DNA of 64,000 nt from Acidobacteriota bacterium (GTDB taxonomy: Bacteria; Acidobacteriota; Thermoanaerobaculia; Gp7-AA8), in contig JAFATB010000025.1 in NCBI GenBank assembly GCA_019244185.1, positions 288,001-352,000 on the forward strand, read 5' to 3'. The translations under genes were made by a program, and so were the position numbers. Within the stretch, counting starts at the first letter, position 1. Every line of letters begins with the position of its first letter. The notes below the pieces were generated by a model. It had not been told where the DNA came from. It made no database searches and saw only the letters and a list, made by a program, of their open reading frames with translations. Positions 1 to 10,127 of the stretch are shown piece after piece.

Positions 1-766
1 CATCCCGCCGATCGCGTTTCTCATCACCGGCCGCATCCGCTGGCGCACGCCGAACGAGCGCTTTCCGTACGGCTATCACCGCAGCGTCACCATCGGCTAT
101 CTCTGCTCAGCCGTCGCGCTGCTCTCGCTCGGACTGCTGATTCTCTTCGAGGCGCTGATGACGCTCGTGCATCGGGAGCATCCGAGCATCGGCGTCCTCG
201 GTCTCTTCGGGCATCAGATCTGGATCGGCTGGCTCGCCTATCCCGTGCTGCTCTACTCGATCGCGTGCGAGTACACGATGGGTCGCATGAAGCAGCCGCT
301 CGCGAAGGAGCTGCACGACAAGACGCTCGCCGCCGATGGCCGGATGAACCGCGCCGACTGGATGACCGGCGTGGCGGCGATGCTCGGCATGACCGGCATC
401 GCGTTCGGGTGGTGGTGGGCGGACGCCGTGACCGCCGCGCTGATCGCGTTCGAGATCGTGCGCGACGGCTGGGAGAATCTGAAGGAAGTCCTCACGGACA
501 TCATGGATGAAGTGCCGACGAAAGCGGATGAGGAAGAGCGCGCGGACTGGGCCGCGAAACTGCGCGACCACGTGCGCGGCCTCGACTGGGTCCGCGACGC
601 CGACGTCCGCCTGCGCGAGGAAGGCAACCTCTTCACCGGCGAGGTGTACGTCGTCCCGCGCACGCTCGATCGCGCCGAGGAGCGCGGCGCGGAGCTGATC
701 CGCTCCGCGCGCGCGCTCGACTGGCGGTTTTACGAGCTGGAGCTCGTGCTCGTCGAGAAGCTATAG
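1..766 (+). CDS. Cation diffusion facilitator (cation efflux) family transporter, 5' truncated by window edge
   Basis: Frame is open from base 2 (IPPIAFLITGRIRWRTPNERFPYGYHR). FPYGY motif, TM helices, ADxxMNRADWM, WWWAD, and a C-terminal cytosolic domain (DVRLREEG). Confidence 0.85.
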   Translation, partial: IPPIAFLITGRIRWRTPNERFPYGYHRSVTIGYLCSAVALLSLGLLILFEALMTLVHREHPSIGVLGLFGHQIWIGWLAYPVLLYSIACEYTMGRMKQPLAKELHDKTLAADGRMNRADWMTGVAAMLGMTGIAFGWWWADAVTAALIAFEIVRDGWENLKEVLTDIMDEVPTKADEEERADWAAKLRDHVRGLDWVRDADVRLREEGNLFTGEVYVVPRTLDRAEERGAELIRSARALDWRFYELELVLVEKL

Positions 767-1204
767 CAGCAGCGCGCCGCGGCTCTCGAGGTACGCGCGC
801 GCCTCGCTTTCGGTGAAGCCGCCGCCACCGCCGCTCCCCGTCCAGCTGATCGTGACGGAATTCGTCGAGTTCGCCGGCAACGTGCCGATGGTCGACGACG
901 TGCCGTTGCTCGGCGTCATGGTCACGTTCACGACCTCGGGGATCGCCACGGCCGGCTGCAGCGTGCCGCTGAGCGACGTGCCGGGCACGTAGCCGTACGC
1001 CTGCACCGTCGTGCCGGCCGGCATCGAGAAATTGAACGTGTTGACGTAGGCGGTCCCGTTGCTGTTCCCGTTCGCGCCGGTGAACGTGAAGACGCCGCCG
1101 GAAATCGCCGTCGCCTCCTGGAAGGAGGTCAGCAGGCCCAACGCCGGCAGGCTCGCCGCGGTCAGCGCGATGTTGAGAAGGTTCGCTGTGGATTCGCTGG
1201 ACAT
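761..1204 (-). CDS. Hypothetical Thr/Ser/Gly/Asn-rich beta-type protein (147 aa)
   Basis: RBS GGAAAGGAG upstream, GC3-biased codons, co-oriented with 1220..1660 and sharing its C-terminal helix motif. Confidence 0.75.
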   Translation of the reverse strand: MSSESTANLLNIALTAASLPALGLLTSFQEATAISGGVFTFTGANGNSNGTAYVNTFNFSMPAGTTVQAYGYVPGTSLSGTLQPAVAIPEVVNVTMTPSNGTSSTIGTLPANSTNSVTISWTGSGGGGGFTESEARAYLESRGALLL

Positions 1205-1219
1205 GGCTGACTCCTTTCC

Positions 1220-1660
1220 TCAAGCGGCGTTGGCCGCGATGTCGGCGGCGAAGAAGGCCATCGCTTCTTCCGCCGTGTAGGTGCGTGCATCCGCCGGAAT
1301 CGTATAGGCGAACGTCATGTGCGTGTCACCGGCTGACAGCGTCGTCACAGGGTTGGGCGGGTTCGTGCCGATCTGCCGCAACGGGACGTCGACCGTCAGC
1401 GCGGACGACGCGGCGACCGTGCCGCCGATGAGCGTCACCGACGTCGGCACGGAGAAATTGAGCGACCCCTTATTCGTCCCCGACGGGAACACGAATCCGG
1501 CGTTCGACGGCGTGAGCATGACGCCGTAGGTCCCGACCGTCGTCGCGCTCCAGGAGCCGCCCGCCATCGGAGAGTTGTTCAGGTTGACGCCGATTCCGTT
1601 TTGAGCCGTCAGGTCACTCGATGGAACGGACAACTGAAACACATAGTAGGTGTTCGCCAT
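1220..1660 (-). CDS. Hypothetical Thr/Ser/Gly-rich beta-type protein (146 aa)
   Basis: Strong RBS GAGAGGAGGA, coding-like codon bias, no signal peptide. Confidence 0.75.
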   Translation of the reverse strand: MANTYYVFQLSVPSSDLTAQNGIGVNLNNSPMAGGSWSATTVGTYGVMLTPSNAGFVFPSGTNKGSLNFSVPTSVTLIGGTVAASSALTVDVPLRQIGTNPPNPVTTLSAGDTHMTFAYTIPADARTYTAEEAMAFFAADIAANAA

Positions 1661-1684
1661 GGCTAACTCGTCCTCCTCTCGTTC

Positions 1685-1716
1685 TAGGAGTGCCGGGCTG
1701 GACCGAAATCCCTACC
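1685..1716 (-). promoter_or_regulatory. Shared upstream motif copy 1 (GGTAGGGA-N13-CGGCACTCCT), candidate alternative-sigma promoter
   Basis: Minus strand ggtagggatttcggtccagcccggcactccta, about 25 nt before the 1660 ATG. Same boxes at 41247 and 59343. Confidence 0.55.
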
Positions 1717-1727
1717 CGCCGCGCGCG

Positions 1728-2057
1728 CTACCGCTTCACGCGATAGCCGAGCTTCGCCAGTTCCGCGGCCACTTTTTCCGCGTGATCGCCCTGGATCTCG
1801 ATCTCGCCATCCTTCGCGGTGCCGCCGGAGCCGCACTTTTTCTTCAGCGTCTTCGCGACTTGCTCGAGCGTCGACGGCGTGTGCTGGAATCCCGCGGCGA
1901 CGGTGACGGTCTTGCCGGCGCGGCGCTTGCGGTCGAGCGCGACGCGCACGGTCTGCTTCGACGGCTCGACGTCTTTCGGCGTCTCCAGCTTCCCTTCATT
2001 CCGCAACTGCTTCGCCGCCTCGGGATCGCTGGTCCAGACGAGCTTCGTATCGGCCAT
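1728..2057 (-). CDS. yciH: Translation initiation factor SUI1/YciH
   Basis: KRRAGKTVT...LKKKCGSGGTAKDGEIEIQGDH signature. Confidence 0.92.
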   Translation of the reverse strand: MADTKLVWTSDPEAAKQLRNEGKLETPKDVEPSKQTVRVALDRKRRAGKTVTVAAGFQHTPSTLEQVAKTLKKKCGSGGTAKDGEIEIQGDHAEKVAAELAKLGYRVKR

Positions 2058-2080
2058 ACCTTCGCTACTCTACGCGAAGC

Positions 2081-2917
2081 ATGGACGATCTCGATTCCTA
2101 TCGCGGCTGGCGACGTCCCGGTCCGCGTCCGCCCGGCGGCGTCGCGCCCGACGACGGCGAGACGCTCGATTTTCTCTGCGGACACTTCCGCATTTTTCAG
2201 TACACGAAAGGACATCGCTACTCGACCGACGACGTGCTCACCGCGTGGTACGGCACGACGCACGCGCCGCGCGTCGATCGCGCCGCGGACCTCGGCTCGG
2301 GCATCGGCTCCGTCGCGCTGATCTCCGCGTGGCGGCTGCCCGGCGCGCGCTTCTGCACGGTCGAGGCGCAGGAGCGTTCGCTTGCGCTCGCGAAGAAGAG
2401 CATCCGCTACAACGGTCTCGAAGATCGCTTCACGCTCTTTCACGGCGATCTGCGCGACGCATCCGTTCTCGCAAATGAAGCTCCGTTCGATCTCGTGACC
2501 GGATCGCCGCCGTACTTTCCGCCCGGCACCGCGACGGAAGCGCGGCATCCGCAGGCGGTGCCCGCGCGCATCGAAGTGCGCGGCTCGGTGGCCGATTACG
2601 CGGACGCGGCGGCGCGCATCCTCGCGCCGGGCGGCCTCTTCGCGTTCGTCTTTCCGACGGCGCAGCTCGCGCGTGTGCACGAAGCGGTCGACGCCGCGCA
2701 CCTCGCGCTCATCCGCCGCCGCGACATCGTCTTTCGCGACGGCGACGCGCCGCTGATCACGCTCTTCGCGGCGTCGCGCGCGATCGACATTCCGCCGACG
2801 TACCGCGCGTTCGTCGAGCCGCCGCTGACGATCCGCACGCGCGACGGCGGCGTCGATCCCGAGTACTCCGCGATCCGCATGAGCTTCGGCTTCCCGCCCG
2901 GCAACGTGCCGGCGTGA
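2081..2917 (+). CDS. SAM-dependent methyltransferase, tRNA1(Val) m6A37 (YfiC/TrmN6)-like
   Basis: FQYTKGHRYSTDDVL, DLGSGIG SAM motif, and SPPYF (NPPY-like) motif. Confidence 0.8.
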   Translation: MDDLDSYRGWRRPGPRPPGGVAPDDGETLDFLCGHFRIFQYTKGHRYSTDDVLTAWYGTTHAPRVDRAADLGSGIGSVALISAWRLPGARFCTVEAQERSLALAKKSIRYNGLEDRFTLFHGDLRDASVLANEAPFDLVTGSPPYFPPGTATEARHPQAVPARIEVRGSVADYADAAARILAPGGLFAFVFPTAQLARVHEAVDAAHLALIRRRDIVFRDGDAPLITLFAASRAIDIPPTYRAFVEPPLTIRTRDGGVDPEYSAIRMSFGFPPGNVPA

Positions 2918-2918
2918 G

Positions 2919-3371
2919 TCAGACGCCGCTCGTCGTCGGAACGCCGGGAAGCTCGGCCGGCAGCGTGAAGTGCGCGTGCTCGCGCTGCCACAGCATCGCG
3001 CTGATCCACCAGCGTCCGTGCTGCCGGTACAGTTGAATGCTTTTGATCGCGCGGCCGAGCGGCTCGCCGTCGCGCGACGTGCGCGTCGCGTAGCCGCTGA
3101 GCACGTGAGCGACGTCGCCGAACGCGTGCGTCTCGCGCGACACCTCGCCTTCCCAGAAACTGCGCAGCGCGCCGGACGCGATCTTCGTTTCGAGATCGCG
3201 GCGGAAGCTCCCCGGATCGAACGCGAACACGCCGTCAGCGGTCACGCGCACGAGCCGCGCGCCCGGCGCGAACAGCTCCGCGTGCGCCTCCCAATCGGGC
3301 TGGCTGCCTTCTTCAAAGCACATCGACGCGTACATCGCCGTGATGACTTCGTCGAGAGAGTTCGCGCGCAT
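2919..3371 (-). CDS. NTF2/SnoaL-like (DUF4440-type) protein
   Basis: LFAPGARL...FGDVAHVLSGY...KSIQLYRQHGRWWISAMLW pattern. Start placed at MRANSL. Confidence 0.7.
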   Translation of the reverse strand: MRANSLDEVITAMYASMCFEEGSQPDWEAHAELFAPGARLVRVTADGVFAFDPGSFRRDLETKIASGALRSFWEGEVSRETHAFGDVAHVLSGYATRTSRDGEPLGRAIKSIQLYRQHGRWWISAMLWQREHAHFTLPAELPGVPTTSGV

Positions 3372-3408
3372 CGCGGGCGCATCGTACAACGCGCCGCGGA
3401 GCGCTCAT

Positions 3409-4728
3409 TCACCCCGCGAAGATGCGCGCCAGCGCCGCGGCCTGCTCGCGAATCTCCGGAATGGCGATTGACTCCCAGAGCGCGGGGCGGCGCAGTGTGC
3501 CGAGGGTGAAGAGGCCTTCGACGGGGGTGCCGTGCACGTCGAGCAGGCGTCCGTCGGGATCGGTCTCGACGCCGAGGCCGTGCGGGTCGGGGACGAGCCA
3601 GCCGTTGCGGCGGAGCTGGACGACGAGCGGCAGATCGACGCGCGCGTAGTCGGTCGCGGGGCCGGTGCAGTTGATCGCGCGCGCGACGCGCAGCGTCGTC
3701 TCCTCATCGCTCCCCGCGCGGCGCCACGTCACGTCCAGCCCGCCGTCGACGGGCGTGAGGCGCACCAGGCGTCCACGCTCGATGCGCAGCGCGCCGCTCG
3801 CGAGCATTTCCTCCACCGCCTTCGCCACCTCGGGCGCCGCGCGCGAGCGATGCACGTCCCACAGGTTGCGCGCGTGCCGCAGGAACGACGCGCGCTGCGC
3901 GCGGCTCCAGCGCTGCCAGATGGCGGGCGTGTGCGAGCGGAGGCTGTCGACGACGGCGCGGAAGTCGTGTCCTTCCGCGAGGCGTTCGCGGATCCAGCGC
4001 AGCGCGGCGCGCGGCGACGCGAGGTCGGGCGTGCCTTCGATCGGCCGCGGCGGCGAGGTCGCGTGCGGACGCGGCAGACGTCCGCGCCGCGAGAGTGCGA
4101 TCAGCGGGCCGCGATGTCCTTCCGCGCGCAGCGCGAGCGCGAGGTCGACCATCGTGAGGCCCGTGCCGACGAGCAGCACCGGCGCGTCGGGCGCGAGTCC
4201 GTAGACCGCGCCCGCGCCCCATGGATCGCGCACGTACTCGACCGGCGCGTCGTCGCCGAGGTGCAGCGGATCGTGCGGCGGGAGATTGCCGAGGGCGAGG
4301 AGGACGTTGCGCGCCTCGAGCACGCGGCCGTCGCCGAGGTGCACGAGCCAGACGGACTCGCGGCGCGTGAGACCGATCGCGGTGCCGCCGACGCGCTCCA
4401 CGTGAGCGGCGATCGCCTCGTCGTGCAACAGTTCGGACAAATACGCGCCGTACAGCGGACGCGGTGCGAAGGTCGACGCGTTCGCGCCGGGCAGATGCGC
4501 GCGCAGCCAGCGCACGAAATGTTCGGGATCGTCGGGCAACGCGGACATGCGCGAGGCCGGCACGTTCAGCAGATGCGCGCCGTACGGCGTGCCGTAGGCG
4601 AGGCCGCGCGCGGCGCGTGCGCCGGCTTCGATGAGCGCGCCGCGCGCGCCCGGTTTCGCGGCGCGTCCATACTGGACGGCCGTCAGGGTTCCGCTCGCGC
4701 CCGCACCGATGATGGCCACGTCGAACAT
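3409..4728 (-). CDS. FAD/NAD(P)-binding oxidoreductase (YdhS-like)
   Basis: DVAIIGAGASG, GLAY...HLLNVPA..MS, second Rossmann motif VGTGLTMVD, INCTGP, WESIAIPEIREQA. Confidence 0.85.
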   Translation of the reverse strand: MFDVAIIGAGASGTLTAVQYGRAAKPGARGALIEAGARAARGLAYGTPYGAHLLNVPASRMSALPDDPEHFVRWLRAHLPGANASTFAPRPLYGAYLSELLHDEAIAAHVERVGGTAIGLTRRESVWLVHLGDGRVLEARNVLLALGNLPPHDPLHLGDDAPVEYVRDPWGAGAVYGLAPDAPVLLVGTGLTMVDLALALRAEGHRGPLIALSRRGRLPRPHATSPPRPIEGTPDLASPRAALRWIRERLAEGHDFRAVVDSLRSHTPAIWQRWSRAQRASFLRHARNLWDVHRSRAAPEVAKAVEEMLASGALRIERGRLVRLTPVDGGLDVTWRRAGSDEETTLRVARAINCTGPATDYARVDLPLVVQLRRNGWLVPDPHGLGVETDPDGRLLDVHGTPVEGLFTLGTLRRPALWESIAIPEIREQAAALARIFAG

Positions 4729-4782
4729 TCGGGAAGCGGATGATAAAGGTTCGCGGTTGTGATGCGTTCGACAGGAGGTGTC

Positions 4783-6282
4783 ATGAGAGCAGTCCGCATC
4801 GCAGTCCTGCTCCTGCTCGCGCCGCTGGCCGCGTTCGCGCAGGACCTCGCCTCATTCGAGAAACGGACGACCGTCCGCAAGCTCGACAACGGTCTCACGA
4901 TCATCATCACCGAACGCCACGACGCGCCGGTCTTCTCGTACGCGACGGTGGTCAACGCCGGCTCGGCGCAGGAGAGCGTCGGCATCACCGGCCTCGCGCA
5001 CATGTTCGAGCACATGGCCTTCAAGGGCTCGGACCGCATCGGCACGAGCGACTGGCCGGCCGAGGAGAAAGCGCTGGCGAAAGTCGAAGAGACGTACGCC
5101 GCGTACGACCGCGCGCGCCGTCAGGAAACGAACCGCGACGACGCGAAAGTCGCGGAGCTCGAGAAGGCGTGGCGCGATGCGCTGGCCGAGGCCGACAAGT
5201 ACGTCGTCGACAACGAATTCAGTCAAGTGGTTGACCGTGCCGGCGGCGTGGGCGTGAACGCCTTCACCGCGCAGGACATCACCGCGTACTTTTTCTCGCT
5301 TCCGTCGAACCGCTTCGAGCTGTGGGCGTTCCTCGAGTCGGAGCGCTTGCGCCATCCGGTGTTCCGCCAGTTCTACAAAGAGCGCGACGTGGTCACCGAA
5401 GAGCGGCGGATGCGCGTCGAGAGCGATCCGTTCGGACGTCTCGAAGAGGAGTTCGTCTCGGCGGCCTTCGTCGCGCACCCCTATGGCCTCAGCAGCGGCG
5501 TCGGCTGGCCGTCGGACCTCGCGAGCTTCTCCGCCACCGACGCGGCGGCGTTCTTCAAGAAGTACTACGTGCCGTCGAACATCGTCATCGCCCTCGTCGG
5601 CGACGTGAAGGCGAGCGATGCGATGCCGGTGCTCGAAAAGTACTTCGGCCGCCTGCCGAAGGCGCCCGCGCCGGAGCCGCTGCGCACGGTCGAGCCGCCG
5701 CAGCGCGCGGAACGCACGGTCGTGCTGCGCGAAAGCTCGCAGCCGATCTACATGGAGGGCTACCACCGCCCCGCGTCGACCGATCCGAACAACGCCACGT
5801 ACGACGTCATCTCGATGCTGCTGTCGAGCGGCCGCACGTCGCGGCTCTATCGCTCGCTCGTGCGCGACAAGAAGATCGCCGCGAACGCGGGCGGCGGCAG
5901 CGGCTATCCCGGCGAGAAGTATCCGAACCTCTTCGTCGTGCAGGCAGTGCCGACGCCCGGCCATACGCCTGATGAAGACGCGACGGCGATTCACGCGGAG
6001 CTCGAGCGCCTGAAGACCGAAGACGTTCCCGCGGACGAGCTGCAGTCGGTGAAGACGCGTGTGAAGGCGGGTCTCATCCGCGAGCTCGACAGCAACTCCG
6101 GACTCGCGCTGGAGCTGGCGAGCTATCAGACGTTGTATGGCGACTGGCGCGAGCTGTTCCGCGAAGTGGACCGCATCGATAAAGTCACCGCGGCGGACGT
6201 GAAGCGCGTCGCGACCGAGACGTTCGTGCCGCTGAACCGAACGGTCGGAAAACTCGAGTCGACGCGCGGAGGTGCCAAATGA
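4783..6282 (+). CDS. M16 (pitrilysin/insulinase) zinc peptidase, catalytic subunit, secreted
   Basis: RBS AGGAGG, signal peptide, TGLAHMFEHMAFKG (inverted HXXEH), NAFT, ERDVVTEERRMR. Confidence 0.92.
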   Translation: MRAVRIAVLLLLAPLAAFAQDLASFEKRTTVRKLDNGLTIIITERHDAPVFSYATVVNAGSAQESVGITGLAHMFEHMAFKGSDRIGTSDWPAEEKALAKVEETYAAYDRARRQETNRDDAKVAELEKAWRDALAEADKYVVDNEFSQVVDRAGGVGVNAFTAQDITAYFFSLPSNRFELWAFLESERLRHPVFRQFYKERDVVTEERRMRVESDPFGRLEEEFVSAAFVAHPYGLSSGVGWPSDLASFSATDAAAFFKKYYVPSNIVIALVGDVKASDAMPVLEKYFGRLPKAPAPEPLRTVEPPQRAERTVVLRESSQPIYMEGYHRPASTDPNNATYDVISMLLSSGRTSRLYRSLVRDKKIAANAGGGSGYPGEKYPNLFVVQAVPTPGHTPDEDATAIHAELERLKTEDVPADELQSVKTRVKAGLIRELDSNSGLALELASYQTLYGDWRELFREVDRIDKVTAADVKRVATETFVPLNRTVGKLESTRGGAK

Positions 6283-7715
6283 AAACGCTGCGAACGAGCC
6301 TCGCCCTACTGCTCGCCGCCGTGACCGCGTCCGCGTTCGCGCAGGCGACGAGCTATCGCGACATCAAGACGCCGCCGCTGCGCAGCTTCGCCATGCCGCA
6401 GCCGAAACGGATCGCGCTGCCGAACGGCATGGTGATCTTTCTCGAAGAAGACCACGAGCTGCCTTTGATCTCCGGACGCGCGCTCATCCGCGGTGGCGCG
6501 CGCGACGTCGCTCCCGACAAAGCCGGTCTCGCCGGCATTCTCAGCGCCTCCTGGCGCACCGGCGGCACGCAGTCGCAGACCGGCGATCAGCTCGACGACT
6601 TCCTCGCCGCGCGCGCCGCGTCCGTCGAGACGGGCGTCGGCAGCGACTCGGCATCCGTGTCGATGAGCCCCCTCAAGGGCGATCTCGACGCGGTCTTCCC
6701 GATCTGGCTCGACATCCTGCGCAATCCGGCGTTCCGCGCCGAGAAGATCGAGCTCGCGAAGACGCAGGCCGGCGCCGGCATCGCGCGCCGCAACGACAAC
6801 CCCGGCTCCATCGCCGGACGCGAGACGACGAAGCTCGGCTACGGCAGCAACTCGCCGTACGCGCGGCAGTCGGAGTACGCGACCCTCGCCTCAATCACGC
6901 GCGACGACCTCGTCGCGTTCCACCAGCGCTTCGTCCATCCGAACGACATCATCGTGTCGTTCATCGGCGACTTCGACGCCGCCGCGATGGAGCAGCGTCT
7001 GCGCGCCGCGTTCGCCTCGTGGCCGCGCGGACCGCAGGCGCCGAAAGCGCCGTCCGCGTTCGCGAACGCCGCGAAGCCGGGCCTCTACTTCATCGCGAAA
7101 GATGAAGTGACGCAGGCGAACATCTCGATGGTGCATCCCGGCACCACGCGCGACAACCCCGACTACCCCGCGCTCGCGGTCCTGAACGAGATCTTCAGCG
7201 GCGGCTTCTCGGGACGCCTGATGACGAACCTCCGCTCGCAGAAGGGGCTGACGTACGGCGTGGGCGGCGGCGTCGGCGCGAACTGGGATTACCCCGGCCT
7301 CTTCCGCGTGTCGATGGCGACCAAGAGCGGCTCGACGCTGGAGTCGCTCGCGGCGCTGCGCGCGGAGGTCGCGAAGCTGACCACCGCGCCGGTCACCGAA
7401 CAGGAACTGTCGCTGGCGAAGGAGTCGATCCTCAACGCGTTCGTCTTCCAGATGGACACGCGCGCGAAGGCGCTCTCGCAGCGCGTGCTGCTCGAGTTCT
7501 ACGGCTATCCCGCTGATTGGTACACCACGTATCCGGCGAAGATCGAGAAGGTCACCGCCGCCGACGTGCAGCGCGTCGCCAAAAAGTACGTGCATCCCGA
7601 TCAGCTGGCGGTGCTCGTGGTCGGCAACGAGGCCGACTTCGAGAAGCCGCTCGCGTCGGTCGGCACGATCACGCCGATCGACATCACCATTCCGGAGCCG
7701 CCGCAAACGCACTGA
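6279..7715 (+). CDS. M16 peptidase non-catalytic partner subunit
   Basis: ATGA overlap with the upstream gene, LPNGM, SGRLMTNLRSQKGLTYGV; lacks HXXEH. Confidence 0.88.
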   Translation: MKTLRTSLALLLAAVTASAFAQATSYRDIKTPPLRSFAMPQPKRIALPNGMVIFLEEDHELPLISGRALIRGGARDVAPDKAGLAGILSASWRTGGTQSQTGDQLDDFLAARAASVETGVGSDSASVSMSPLKGDLDAVFPIWLDILRNPAFRAEKIELAKTQAGAGIARRNDNPGSIAGRETTKLGYGSNSPYARQSEYATLASITRDDLVAFHQRFVHPNDIIVSFIGDFDAAAMEQRLRAAFASWPRGPQAPKAPSAFANAAKPGLYFIAKDEVTQANISMVHPGTTRDNPDYPALAVLNEIFSGGFSGRLMTNLRSQKGLTYGVGGGVGANWDYPGLFRVSMATKSGSTLESLAALRAEVAKLTTAPVTEQELSLAKESILNAFVFQMDTRAKALSQRVLLEFYGYPADWYTTYPAKIEKVTAADVQRVAKKYVHPDQLAVLVVGNEADFEKPLASVGTITPIDITIPEPPQTH

Positions 7716-7721
7716 CGCGGG

Positions 7722-8465
7722 TCACGCGTTCCAGCGCATCCGCAACGCACGCACACGCGTCCTGCCGACGGGAAGCAACGTCCCGTCGGCAAGACGCACC
7801 GCGTAGCGCGAGCCTTCCTGCGCGATGAGGCGCTCGATGTGGCGGACGTCGACGAGAAACGATTTGTGGATGCGCTCGAAGCGCGCCGGCAGCAGCTGCT
7901 GGATGCGGTCGAGCAATCGGTCATCGCGCACGACGCGGCCGCGCGTCAGTACGAGCTCGGAGTGCGGACCGGCGCCGCGCACGTAGACGATGTCCGCGAT
8001 GGCGACGAAGCGCGTTTCGCCGCCGTCGCGCACGCCGAAGAGCCGCGGTCGCCGCGGCGCGAATTCGAGCGCGCGGCGCAATGCGATCTCGAGCCGCTCG
8101 CGGCCGAACGGCTTCGGCACGAAGTCGCGGATGCCGAGCTCGAAGGCTTCGAGCGCGCGGTCGGTGTGCGCGGAGACGACGACCGTCGGACACGCGCGTA
8201 GCGCGGGATCGCGCAGCAGGTCGAAGCCGTCACGCCCTTCGAGATTGAGGTCGAGCACGAGGACGTCGGGCGCGACTTCGGCGACGGCCTCGCGCGCGTC
8301 GTCGATGCTGCCGGCGATGCGCACGGTCGCGGCGGGGCCGAGGATGTCGGTGGTGAGGCGCGCGACCCGGCGCGCGATCACTTCCTCGTCTTCGGCGATC
8401 ACTACACGGGAACTTCGATCGTCGTGCGCCAATGCGCTCCTTTCGCTTCGCTCGTGAGCGACCAC
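7722..8465 (-). CDS. LytTR-family response regulator (start uncertain, possibly GTG near 8402)
   Basis: IAEDEE, LVLDLNL, ALEAFELGIRDFVPKPF receiver domain; FERIHKSFLV...LPVGRT LytTR domain. Confidence 0.88.
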   Translation of the reverse strand: MVAHERSERSALAHDDRSSRVVIAEDEEVIARRVARLTTDILGPAATVRIAGSIDDAREAVAEVAPDVLVLDLNLEGRDGFDLLRDPALRACPTVVVSAHTDRALEAFELGIRDFVPKPFGRERLEIALRRALEFAPRRPRLFGVRDGGETRFVAIADIVYVRGAGPHSELVLTRGRVVRDDRLLDRIQQLLPARFERIHKSFLVDVRHIERLIAQEGSRYAVRLADGTLLPVGRTRVRALRMRWNA

Positions 8466-10081
8466 TTGCCGGGATAGCGTTCCTCGAGCCGCGCCTTCAC
8501 GTAGCGCAGGCCCGTCCCTTCCGGCGCCGCGTGCGCGGCAGGCGTGTCGCCGAGGGGCGCGTCGAAGACGTAGCGGCGCGCGTGGGGGCGGCGGTCGACG
8601 GAGAGGACGAACTCGACCTCGTCGGCGCGGTAGCGGTTGTGCGTGAGCGCGTTCTCGACGAGCGTGTGCAGCACCGCGGGCGGAATCGTGGCCGCGGCAT
8701 CGACACCGTCCGCGCGCAGGTGAAAGCGCTTCGCCTTGCGCGCGCTCATGACCGCGAGATGCGAGCGGCAGAGCGCGAGCTCGTCGGCCAGCGGAATCGC
8801 GGCGTCATGCGCAATCTTCGAGAAGAGCCGCAGCTCATCGGCGAATGCTTCGAGGAAACCGACGCCCGCCGCGGGATCGTGCTCGATCCACTCCATGACC
8901 GCGGTCAACGTGTTCATCACGAAGTGCGGCTCGATGGTCTTGCGCAGCAGCGCGAGCTCGAGGCTCGCGCGCTCGCGCCGTTCGCGCCGCAGCTCGATGG
9001 CCATGCTGACGAGGAGGCACGCGATGGCCGCGCAGAATGCGATGAAGAACGCGTTGTCGCTGAAGCGAAAGCCGAAGCGCACGAGCGCCGCGACGAGGAT
9101 CGCCAGCGCGACGATGCCCGGCACGGCGCGCCGCGTCTGCGCGCGCGCGGCGACGGCCAGCGCCGGCGCGGAGAGCAGCATCGACGTCTGAAACAGCAGC
9201 AGACAGCGGTCGTCGGATGCGTTCGGAATGAAGGCAACCGCCGCGAGCACGAGCGCGAAGGAGGTGAGCCAGACGCGCGGGCGGCGCAGCTCGAGCTCGA
9301 GCGCGAAGAACGCCGGCAGCAGCAGCGACACGCAGAACGTGAGCGCCGTGATGATCGCGATGCGCAGCGGCTGCACGTCGTACGCGTAGCCGACCGTCCA
9401 GCGCCACGTCTCCGCGACCGCGAGCAGCGCCGCGGCGAAACAGAGCAGCGCGAACGTCAGCATCGCGCCGCGGCGCCGGCTGGCGAAGCTCAGCGTGACG
9501 TAGTAGATGCCGATGACGACGAACACCGCGAAGCCGGACAGCGGCACGACTTGTCCGACGATGCGGCTGCGCAGCATCCGCTCGTAGTCGCCGATGACCA
9601 CGCCCTGAAACCACGTCACGCGCACATCGGGATGGGCGACGCGGATCTCGAGCGCGTGCGGCCCCGCCCTCGCGAGCGCGGCCGGCAGCACGTAGAAGTT
9701 GTCCAGCGGACCGGCCGCGTCGATCGTGCCGCTGCGGCCGATGCGCCGCCCGTCCCAGAACGTCTCGGAACGCGCGAGCATCGAGACGTACACGCAGCGC
9801 GTCCGCTCGGTGGTCGTTGTCAGCGTCACCGTCTGCCGCATCACGAACGCGTCCGCGCGCGGGCGCCAGACGTACGGCGAGGCGACCACGTTGTCGCTGT
9901 CGTCGCCAATGGTAAAGACGTTGACCGCCTGCTCCGCGCCGGCGAAACGGGTGGCCTGATCGCCCGACGGGGTGGGACCGACGATCAGCAGCCCGACCGC
10001 CGCGGCCAGCACGAGCGGCACGGCCGCGAGGATCGCCGGCGCGATGGTGCGAGACGTTCGTTTTCTCCACGAGCCGTTCAT
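8402..10081 (-). CDS. LytS-type membrane sensor histidine kinase
   Basis: Periplasmic domain, multiple TM helices, IEPHFVMNTL H-box, LHTLVENALTH, GTGLRYVKARL. Confidence 0.85.
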   Translation of the reverse strand: MNGSWRKRTSRTIAPAILAAVPLVLAAAVGLLIVGPTPSGDQATRFAGAEQAVNVFTIGDDSDNVVASPYVWRPRADAFVMRQTVTLTTTTERTRCVYVSMLARSETFWDGRRIGRSGTIDAAGPLDNFYVLPAALARAGPHALEIRVAHPDVRVTWFQGVVIGDYERMLRSRIVGQVVPLSGFAVFVVIGIYYVTLSFASRRRGAMLTFALLCFAAALLAVAETWRWTVGYAYDVQPLRIAIITALTFCVSLLLPAFFALELELRRPRVWLTSFALVLAAVAFIPNASDDRCLLLFQTSMLLSAPALAVAARAQTRRAVPGIVALAILVAALVRFGFRFSDNAFFIAFCAAIACLLVSMAIELRRERRERASLELALLRKTIEPHFVMNTLTAVMEWIEHDPAAGVGFLEAFADELRLFSKIAHDAAIPLADELALCRSHLAVMSARKAKRFHLRADGVDAAATIPPAVLHTLVENALTHNRYRADEVEFVLSVDRRPHARRYVFDAPLGDTPAAHAAPEGTGLRYVKARLEERYPGKWSLTSEAKGAHWRTTIEVPV

Positions 10082-10127
10082 TGCCTGTCGTTCGAGGTTT
10101 GCGCCCGATGCTCGCACAATCCCACGC

